64,000 nucleotides of DNA, taken from NCBI RefSeq assembly GCF_009914755.1, contig NC_060929.1. One strand, 5' to 3'. Shown piece by piece: positions 48,033 through 59,259 of the stretch. This stretch comes from the human T2T-CHM13v2.0 reference genome, Homo sapiens. Position 1 is the first letter of the stretch, and each line of letters begins with the position of its first letter. The position numbers were made by a program, and so were the translations under genes. A model generated the notes under the pieces. That model searched no databases and was not told where the DNA came from. It saw only the letters and a list, made by a program, of their open reading frames with translations.

Positions 48033-49394
48033 GATGTAAAATCATCTTTACTTTTGTACCTTCAATTGACTTTGAGTCCATACTGATTCATTTTCAGATA
48101 AGCATAGAAGCAGTGCTTCATCTATTGTCTTCTATCTTTCTTCCATTCATTCAATCTCATGGACTCTCCCTCCTGGAATTTCCTAACCTCCCACCAGTGT
48201 CCATTTTTACCTTGTGGCTTCTGGCCAGGCTGCTGGTCACTGCATTCCATCCATTATTCTCTTCAAAGCCAGAGTTGTGGGAGGAGACTTCAGGTCCTAC
48301 TCATAGGAGGAAGTAAGAGAGATTCCAGAAACCCTTTCTTCTGCTCAGATTGACTTCCTCTTGGTATAACTCAGGTACATGGTTATGCTAACAGTCTTCT
48401 CAACCTTACCAAGAACCCCTTCTGTAAAATATTCTGATGTGGCCTGAGACCCTGCAGTGGGTGGGAAGGAACTCTGCCCCAGAAAGGAACTGATGAGCTA
48501 AGTAAGTTAGCCTAGGTTATCCTACCCTCAATCCTAATGGAGCACTTTGTGCTACTGGAGAGTAGATAGAAGATGGGATACACACTGCACTCTGCTCACC
48601 AGCCAATGTCTGGCCACTGGGGCCTACCCCCACCTTCCACAAGCCTATATTCATTTTGTGGCGTCATCTTTGAGACATCATCACTTGCTTTTCCGCACAA
48701 ACGACCAACACCCTGCCAGCCTTTCCTGTGCTAGCAAAGATGTGTATGCAAACATCTTTCTGTGATACTGTTCTTATCAGTCTTCTTGGACATATGTGCT
48801 GACTCCAGCAAGCTCCAGGAATAAGGGCCTGGATTCAGATTCTCAGGAGTGGGGGATTCACTTCCTCCCTGCATGGTGGTGGTAACTGTTAAACTTCTGT
48901 GGAAGCTGGGGAGTCACTGTGCTTCCAACCCAAAGTCCAATCTCTTCCTTCCTCTCCCTCTGGCTCATCCTCTCTTTCCCACCCCTACCCATAGGAAGGA
49001 AAAGAGAGTCTAAGGAAATAGATCTATTCATCCACTGAAACAGAAATGGAAGCAAAAACAGAAACAAACCCCTGAACACTCATCATTTTTTCTGTATGTT
49101 CTGGAGATAATTTAGCCAAATTGGAACTGGCAAGATATTGTTGGGATGTAAGCTAATTAAAGCAGCGGGGCTGGGTTGCAAGGACCATGGATGCATTCAA
49201 TCAGCTAGTAACATTTAAAGGCAAAGCTTTGTCAAGTAGCCAGCACAATAGATGTGCTCTCCCTCCTCCAGCTGTGCATATTGCAGCCTTGTCAAGAATA
49301 GGCTTGCCTGGTGATTTCTGGCCTACCTGTTAGGATTTAGCCAAATCTTGGTTCACCATAAATCTTGCAGGTCAGCAGAAATTCACTTGTAGAA

Positions 49395-49545
49395 ATCTGG
49401 CTGATCATCAGATTTCCTTGGGAAGCTCTGTAAAAATATAGATTCCCAGGCACCCTTCTAGAGTCACTCAAGCAGAATTTCAAGGATGAGATCTTGGATT
49501 CTCCATATTAACAGAGATTTCCCAGTGCCAGACTTGGGGAACAAT
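49395..49545. mobile_element. MER5-like hAT MITE
   Basis: aaaaatatagattcccaggcaccc...tgggga motif. Confidence 0.5.
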
Positions 49546-49638
49546 TTTTACAGCTTATAGAAATCTAAATCCTAGATTGGGAAGACATCTAGGGGATCAA
49601 TTTTTCTAACTTTCTGTTTTCTATCAAAAAAGAAAGTA

Positions 49639-50272
<634 letters not shown>

Positions 50273-50436
50273 ACCAGTTTATTTTTTCTAATGCAGTAGT
50301 GAAAGCATTATTTGAAGAAAAAAATACTCCTGGGGAGGGAATCTAGGATATTGTTGTATCCACCCTAAAGATACAGCAATTGTAACCTTCGGGCTGATGC
50401 TTTCTTAGGTGATTTGTGTTATATATGCACTTAACT

Positions 50437-51200
50437 TTCATTTATTTATTCACTTGACAAATGACCATCACTACAATCCATGCACTATTTTGGGCACAGG
50501 GGATACAGTACTGAACAAAACAATAAAAAAGCTCTGCTTTCATGGAGCTTTCATTCCACGAGGGGAGAGTGACTGCAAACAAGATAAAAACCAGATCTAG
50601 AATAGTCAGATACAGCATGTCAGTAAAAACAAGGCAGAAAACATGGATGTGAAGTGTTCAGCAATGGGGCTTGGGTTGAAATTGTAGGTAAGATGGCCAG
50701 GGAAGGCTTCACTGTGTGAAGGTGACTTTGGAGGGTTGAAGACCTGAAGGAACTGAGAGAGCTAGCCATGTATGCCTCAGGTATACAATTGTGCAGGCAG
50801 AGGAAATAGTAAATGCAAAGTCCCTGGGATAAGAACATGCCAGGCCTGGTAGAACAGCAGTGAGAATTGTGGAAATGTAGCAGAGGAAATGTTGCATTTA
50901 CTCTGGAGAGGAGGAAGGAGGAATAGGTTACGTGCTATCGAAGTAAAGAGGTCCCAGATCACATAGGGCCTTGAAGATCAGTGTGAGACTTTGGTCTGCA
51001 TGAGACGAAAAGTCGCTGGAGGATTGTAGGCGAGAGTGTCAAGACCTGACTTATATTTTGATGGGACCTCTCTGTGCAGAGTTGAAACCAGCCTAAAGTA
51101 GCAGAAGCAGGGTGACCAGAGAAGAAGCTATTGCGATACTTAAATACTAGGCGAGAGGGAATTACCACTTAAATAAATGATGAGCATGGGCACTGGAGTG
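50437..51200 (-). mobile_element. L2a 3' region
   Basis: tcatttatttattca tail; ggggatacagtactgaacaaaac; ccagatcacatagggcctt. Confidence 0.8.
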
Positions 51201-51429
51201 AGTATATGCCTCAGACTGAGCATAAGAAGTAAGATAGGAATCTGTATTTCTCTTGGTCTGCTTAACTCCCACACACCTCTCACCGTGAGAGCATCTAATT
51301 GCCACATGAGTGATGCGAGTGGTTAGAGACAAGTGTTTTTCATTCATTCTACGTGTTCACTAAACCATAAACAAGTCCTAGAAGTGTCTTCATCAGCCAG
51401 GCCCCTCACTCTGGTCTGGAGACTGGTGG

Positions 51430-51765
51430 AGTACTAGGGTCTGAATGTTTGTGGTCCTCCAAAATATGTATGTTGACATCCAATCCCCAGTGGGTTGCTA
51501 TTAAAAGGTAAGGTCTTTAGGAGGTGACAAGGTCATGAGGGCAGAGCCCTCATGAATGGGAGTAATGCTTTATAAAAGAATCTTGAGGGAGCCTATTGGC
51601 TTTTCCACCATATAAGGACACAGCTGGGAGGCACCATCTATGAGGAATGGGTCCTTACTAGACAATGAACGTGCCGGCACTTTGATCGTCAACTTCCCAG
51701 TCTCCAGAACTATGAGAAATAAAATTCTGTTGTTTATAAACTAAGGCATCCTAAGCAGACTGAGA
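51430..51765 (+). mobile_element. MLT1A0-like LTR
   Basis: ggtcatgagggcagagccctcatgaatggg; ctccagaactatgagaaataaa. Confidence 0.8.
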
Positions 51766-53591
51766 TATGCAGGCACCACAACTTCTCAAGGCCCAGATGA
51801 GCAGTAGGCAACAACTGCTTCCTACATGGTCTCTCTTGCCTCTTGTTTTCCTTTTCACTGGGTGTTCTACAGGCTCTCTGATCCACTGCTCTCAGGAGCA
51901 CTACCCCATGTCATTCAGGCTGCAGCCCTTCCATCATGATCTCAACTAAGTATTTGTTCCCTTCTAAGTCACTTACTAAAACAGACAGATCTTCTTAAAC
52001 TCTCAGGTTTGGGCCTGTTGCTAGGTGAAAACATATATTCTCTCCACTGTGCCATTACATCTCGAATTTTTCCTCTAAAATATAACTATTATAAGACTGA
52101 TCTTCATTATATTATCAAAAGTTTCTAGCTAATTTTATATACTACATTTTAATTCTTTTTAGTGACCAAACCTCTTTGCCAACCAATTGTATTCTTATAA
52201 TGCTGCTTGTTTTTTCCAAATCAATTAACACGTGCCTACTTCAGATGGATCCTAAATGTTGACAGCTTTAGTGGAAGGAAATTGAAGTACCTTTGAAGTC
52301 AGTCACTTGGCACTATAGATTGGTCTCTTTACAAGTAAAAACATTAAAAGGGGAGGACAGATGAAACTTCAAGACATAGGACTAATTTGATTTTCAAAAA
52401 GAAAAATATTTGTGCTACAATACAAAAAAAATAAGTGAATCATTTATTTCAGAGAATAGCCATTTGCAAACGTTCACTGTAAAAATCTAGAGGATAGAAA
52501 ACCTAAAAAGTTTTGTTTAGGTTTGTCAATTTAAGTGGGAGGGATATATTTCTAAAGAATATGTCCTAAAGCTGTGCCAAGTATGTGCAAGTCCAAGTAT
52601 GGCAAGAGATGACCCTGGACTCTGTGGTGGTTGCAGACAAATAATACATAACTTTCAAAACCAGCCCCATAGTGAGTCAGAGTAGTGGGCATTTGTACAG
52701 AGGAGGAAGCTGACATTGTCTTTTAATCCAAACAGCAATCCTGGGTGGCTCTGGTGGAATGAGGTATTTAATCACCTCACCGGTGATCCTTGTTGGGTCT
52801 TTCTTGTTGAGTAAATACTTGGCAGCCTTAGTCATTAGCTTGAAAGGCAGAGGGAAAAGTAAACCTTCATGAGTGAGTACCCAGCTGAGGTGTTTGTTTA
52901 GGCTAATCCCAAATGCCCTTTAAGGCCTAACTCAGTGCTGCCCCTCCCCTACTTCACTGTGAAGCTGCAGCTGTGGAGCCAACATTTTATCTTATTTATT
53001 CTCTATGTGCAGGTTCCCAAACATAATTATTGGATGAATGAATGAACAAGAAGATGACTATGGAGGATACTTGGGATCTGGCTAGCAACAAGTATATTTC
53101 CCATTGTTAGAGGTAGTTGGGTCAGAAATTAGATCAGTGCTTCTCAGCATTTCTCTGTTCAATGCATACTTTTTGGTGGCACCCATAAAGAAATCAAAAG
53201 GGGAATATCCCTTTTTAGCAAGAAGTATTTAGAAAATCTAAAAGAACTCTTCCTCCTATTCATTGGGTCACTTTTCAGCCCTGCATCACTGTTTACAGAA
53301 AAGTGTTAACATCTTGGACTCGTGAAGCAATGTTTTCACACATTCTAGGTATGTTGACCTAATATGAAACCACTCCTTCTTGCTCTGATTAGCAACAAGT
53401 GATGCCCCACTGTTTTCCCAGTCTATGTATGGCAGTGTTCCCTCTGTCAGGTCTCTCTGTGACAGTGTACAGCTGCAGTGGTCACAAAATTCAGATTTTT
53501 AACTCATTGATTACAATTGGCAGCCAACCTCTGAAGAGCTGGAGGGACACCAGTGACTGAGAGCCACTTGCTTAGAAAATTATCAAAGAGA

Positions 53592-53899
<308 letters not shown>

Positions 53900-55066
53900 T
53901 TATCAAAGAGATGTTACAGAAATAATTCCTATACTGGTAGCAGATGAGGCTAGATCACCCCAAAAATGTAGTCAACGCTCAGTCTTTTAAGGTACTCCTT
54001 CAACTACAGTCACCTCTATTGTTATCTATTTAGTTATTATTAGTCATTTTTGATGTAACTTTCACATGTCACTTTTCTCAGAGCATAAAGGTTTTGAGGG
54101 TATGAAGAACAGGAAGCTGGAAATGGCCAAAGGCAAGGTCATATTTTCTTCTGGGCCTTTGGTCTTTCAAGGCTGACATAGAAAAGTGAGTACAGCCTGG
54201 GTCAGCCGAAGGCAGAATGCTGGGACTGCCTCTCCTCTCACTAAATCTTTCTAACCCTGCCCAATTCCCACCGGCCATCCCCTATAGTCTTTTTGCGAGA
54301 ACTGTACACCATCATTCTCAGTCCTGACTTACATCTATTTTAAGTCATAGAAGAAAGAGGGAAATGATGAAGAATGATGTATGACTGTAAAAACCCCTTC
54401 AGTAGTGGCGAAAGTGATGAGTTTATACCCTCACTGTTGCTAATCAGGTTTTTCCTCCGTCTCACATAGAAGAGCCTTTCTTGTTGCAATCTCTGGGTTT
54501 CCTGGATCCTGTGGGTGTGGGGTTAAGGCTGAGAAAATCTGGTCAGATAACAGCACCTTCAGGCTTCCGGGAGACCCGCCTTGGCAAGACTGAGCTGCCA
54601 GCAGAAGCCTATGAGGGACCACAGGTGTGTGAAGTGTGGGACATGTAGAGCTGTCAGGACTTTGGGGACACACATCACTTCCTGTTACAGATGAGGGAGA
54701 CTAGATGGGGGGAGAGGAGTGAGATGGTTAGTGGTAGATTCTAGAAAACTCACTGGGGTGGCCTTGGGCACTTTCCAATACAAATAGGACTTGAGGCTCT
54801 TGAAGTCCCCCACTTTGCTAAAGAGTTTTAAACACTTTTGTTAGTTGTAATGTATTTAGAAATGGAACAAAATATTTGTGTTTTATATGTGTAAAGAGAC
54901 TAGTAGTAAAATATACTTGTATGAGAATTTTTTTAATTTTAGTATGTCTTTAGGTTGTCTATTAGTATTTTCATTTAATACATGAGAACAGTACAATGGG
55001 AATCCTCATGCCATCTCTCTTTTTTTCAGCATCTACTCTACCCCTTTTCTGACTGTCCTCTTCTTG

Positions 55067-55426
55067 TGCTATGGACTGAATTATGTCTCCATCAAAATTC
55101 CTGTGTTGAAGCCCTAGCCCCCGACTAGATGGCATTTGGAGATGGGGCCTGTGGGAAATAATTAGGCTTGGATGGGTTCATGAGAGTGGGCCTTTCATGA
55201 TGCAGCCAGTGCCCTTATAAGAAGAGATATGAGAGAGGTTTTGGTCTCTCTCTTTCTGCCATGTGAGGACGCAGCATAAAGGTGGCCAGGAAGAGAGTCC
55301 TCACCAGAACCTGACCATCCTGACACCCTGATCTGAGACTTCCAGCCCCCAGAACTATAAAAAACTTTCTTGTTTAAGCCACCCCATCTGTAGTACTTTG
55401 TGATAGCAGCCCAAGCTGCCTAGACA
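55067..55426 (+). mobile_element. MLT1A-like solo LTR
   Basis: tgctatggactgaatt...gccatgtgaggac...tagcagcccaagctgcctagaca. Confidence 0.85.
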
Positions 55427-56275
55427 CTTGCTTCTCCTCTCATTTTCTTTCCACCTTCTCCCTGTAATACTCTCTTCCAGAAGGGCGATGTGGTCCTAGT
55501 GACCGTGACTGCCTATGCAATGCCGCTTCGCCGCATTTTTGCTGCTGTATCATTAGAGCTGGGTGAACTCTACCTATACTGCATTGTCTAAAAACGTTTT
55601 GACCAGTTTGACCAGGGGTGACACTAAACTCCTTTCTTCATTGTACAAATCCGTTGAAAATAACTCATTCTAAAAGCAGAGGAAAAACTGAGGAGAGAAA
55701 AGATGGAAGGAGAAGTCAAAGAGGAAGAAGACGTCAGACAGGCACAGTGAGGTTCCAATGCACCCCCCTCCACCCCTGCCCCCTGCTGAGGCCCTGCATC
55801 CCCCACTGTTCACTGCTCCTCTCCTCAGCATCTTCCCTGGCCACTTTGCTGCCATTTTCCTTCTCCTACTCCTGATGAAACTCACTTCGACCCACCTGAA
55901 TCAGTTTCTTATGTAGTTTAAGGAGTAGCTTAGGGACTGAGAGAAACATTACTGTCAGTCACGGATACAAAAGCCTGCTACCTGGGTACCTACACACCTG
56001 CTTAAGGTGGGGCAGCTTTGCTGTGGTAGTGCATTCAGACAAGAAATCACCCATTCCCCAGCAAATAAAATTAATTGGCAGTCATCACTTTTTGCCAAAC
56101 TTTGATTTCCATGACTCCATCCTCTGGGGTAACAGAAAAATAATCTGTGTGCCAATGCTTGAGGACCAGAGATCCTCCCTCTCAAACAATATCTGTGCAG
56201 GTTAACTAGAGCCATCTCCAGGTAACACATCCACCTGGGTTTCAGAGAGAGCTCATCTGGAAGGAAATGCTAGCC

Positions 56276-56596
56276 CAGCATTATCCAACAGAAATATAAT
56301 GGGAGCCACAAATGCAAGCCATGTATTTTAAATTTTCTAGGAGCCACATTTTTAAAAACATAAAAATAAGTCAGTTAAATTATTTTAAAAATACATTTTC
56401 TTTAACACAATGTATTCTAAATATTATCATTTTAATGCATAAGCAATATAGAAAATTTGAAGTATTTAACATTTTTTAAACTAAATCTCCCAGTCAAATG
56501 TGTATTTTACATTAAAGCACATCTTTATTCAGACTAGCCACATTCCATTGCTTAATGGTCACATGTGACTAGTGACTACTGTATTGGACAGCACAG
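56276..56596. mobile_element. MER33 (hAT-Charlie MITE)
   Basis: cagcattatccaacagaaatataatg...gactagccacatt...gtattggacagcacag. Confidence 0.85.
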
Positions 56597-56606
56597 CTCC
56601 AGCCAA

Positions 56607-56786
56607 ATGAAAGGAAAGGTGAGACCCTGGCACATCAGGAGATGAGGAAGGCCTCCTGCCATATGGACTCCCTCTCCTGGGCTGGAAAGCACAGGCATGA
56701 AAGGAAAGGTGAGAGCTTGGCACACCAGGAGATGAGGAAGGCCTCCTGCCATATGGACTCTCTCTCCTGGGCTGGAAAGCACAGGC
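56607..56786. repeat. 90-bp tandem duplication
   Basis: atgaaaggaaaggtgaga...ggaaagcacaggc x2, four mismatches. Confidence 0.97.
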
Positions 56787-56878
56787 TTATCGCAGAGGCA
56801 ATGAACTAAATGCTTTTTTGAAATTTGAGCTGTTTTCCCGTTGCTTGTTAACTTATGAAAGGCACTCAAACCAACATC

Positions 56879-57184
56879 TTTTTTTTTTTTTTTTTTTTTT
56901 TTTGAGATGGAGTCTCACTCTGTCGCCCAGGCTGGAATGCTGTGGCACAATCTCAGCTCAATGCAACCTGCAACTCCCAGGTTGAAGTGATTCTCGAGCC
57001 TCAGCCTCCCGAGTAGCTGGGATTACAGGTGTGCACCACCACACCTGGCTAATATTTGTATTTTTAGTAGAGATGAGGTTTCACCATTTGGCCAGGCTGG
57101 TCTTAAACTCCTGACCTCAAGTAATCCACCTGCTTCAGCCTCCCAAAGTGCTGGGATTACAGGCGTGAGCCACCGTGCCCCACC
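56879..57184 (-). mobile_element. AluS
   Basis: TSD caaaccaacatctt. Confidence 0.95.
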
Positions 57185-58092
57185 TTCAAACCAACATCTT
57201 AAATATTATTGTTATAATATTAAACATTCTAACAAATTCAGAGCAAAAATTTCCCCATGGATTCTTAAATGTTAGTAAAGAGCTAATAATTTCTAAGAGC
57301 AGAGAATAGCCTGTTGTCTCCTCTTATCACTTTTATGAAGCCAAAAACACCCTGCCCACTGTGCAATATGCTGCCAAAGATTTTACCCCTTGATCCCTTG
57401 GGAATGTGATGACTGCCAATTAATTTTATTTGTTGAGAAACGGGTTATTTTTATGTTTTTTTTTTTTTTTGCCTGCGCGCACTACTACAGCAAAGCTGGT
57501 CCATTTTCAGCAGGTGTATAGGTACCTAATAGCAGCAGGCTTTTGTATCTGAGACTGACAGTAATGTTTCTCTCAGGTGAAGCTGTGAGATTTGTTTTCA
57601 CTGGGAATCTCATAAATGTGGGACCTCAATTGTAACAATCTACCGTGGAGACCACGCATCAGGTTCATTCATACATGCCATAAGCTCCATTAGTGCTGAA
57701 ATGATACCCAAGCCCTTGATATCTCTTCCTACTTATACCTAAGTCTGCCTTTTATATAGCTCCGAGACATTTAATGCTGGAAATTTTGAGAGTGGTGGGG
57801 TACTGCTAAAGGCTAGTAAGATGGACTTGAGTTTAAGGTGCTGCATTTTTTGATGGGCTAGAGAGGTGTGTTTTCAAGGACTCCTTATGGCCACTCATCT
57901 TTTATCTCTTTGTGGAACCTCTCTCTGTCCTTTCTGACTCAGGCCTTTATCCTCATCTGAGTGGTTAACTGATAGAAATTGATAAAGGATAAGCTTTCAT
58001 GTCCAAGAGGTATCTGTGATTTTATTAAGAAGTGCCAAAAAGACTTCAGGCCTAAAAGAAATGAATCTGTATGGGAAATACCATGCTAATAG

Positions 58093-58516
<424 letters not shown>

Positions 58517-58949
58517 CTCATTTTTTATTTTCAATTGAATTAGAATTCAAATCAAAGCATAATTCTACTTGATTATAGCTCTTGTGAAAGATTCTTAGGG
58601 AAAAGAATAACATGAACGTTAGGATGGCCTTTGTTTGTAGATTGGATTTTCATGAATTATTCCCATGGTTAACTGAAAGTTAAATGCATATAAACAAGAG
58701 TTGGCAAGGGCTGATGCTGTACACTCTCAAGAGGCTCCCAAGTTTTGTTTTGTTTCTTTTTTCATGAGCACCCAGAATCTTTCCTCTCACTGGATCCAGA
58801 TTTTATTCTCAGGGTATCTAACCAGATGATGCAACATCTGTGCTCTCTTTTAAGAACGTGAGAAATGAAGCTTTTTCATTTTTCCTTGCTTTGACTTCTG
58901 GGAAATCTAATCAAAACTGCTCAGACTTTCCTTTTCTTGTTTGCTTTAG

Positions 58950-59236
58950 AAGACAGCTTGCTGGAAGGGTTCTGTGGAGGTCTCCCACCTGTGGAAGAAG
59001 GTGATAGAAAAATTAGCCTGATAATGGAACTGTCAACCCAGGTTTCCCTTCAGACTGAGAGAATTACTCAGCTGAAAGAAGTTTTGGAGGAAAAGGAAAG
59101 GAAGATTCAGCAGCTGGAAGCTGAGCGGAGTCCCCATCCTCCCCAAGAGGTCAAGGACCCTCCAGGATGTTTACCAGAAGCCCCAGTTTTCTCTACTCAT
59201 GACATCCCACCTGTGGTCTCTGATGAGAATTTGTAG
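58950..59236 (+). CDS. CCDC192: Terminal coding exon of a coiled-coil protein, probably the CCDC192 last exon (phase 1 start)
   Basis: Polypyrimidine tract and acceptor (ctttccttttcttgtttgctttag|aagac). Open frame EDSLLEGFCGG...MELSTQVSLQTERITQLKEVLEEKERKIQQLEAERS...VVSDENL* includes a heptad-like segment and ends at TAG 59234-59236. AATAAA follows. Gene identity is recalled from the peptide and not verified by search. Confidence 0.75.
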
Positions 59237-59253
59237 ATTCCCAATAAGAAAAC

Positions 59254-59259
59254 AATAAA
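59254..59259 (+). terminator. Polyadenylation signal AATAAA for the terminal exon
   Basis: Canonical hexamer 17 nt after the stop codon; implies a very short 3' UTR. Confidence 0.7.

Larger units (their letters stand above)
55937..57576. repeat. Long inverted repeat: arms 55937-56088 and 57406-57576
   Basis: The reverse complement of the left arm aligns by eye to the right arm at roughly 85% identity, excluding a poly(T) expansion; terminal 27-nt and 24-nt blocks are identical. Confidence 0.92.

Noticed and set aside
55519-55537. Hairpin aatgc-cgcttcgcc-gcatt as a structured ncRNA or snoRNA
   Set aside because: The stem is short and interrupted, it is not a proper cUUCGg loop, and no C/D or H/ACA box arrangement is present.
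55674-55751. Purine-rich stretch reading KAEEKLRREKMEGEVKEEEDVRQAQ
   Set aside because: No pyrimidine-rich acceptor or good donor; explained by base composition.
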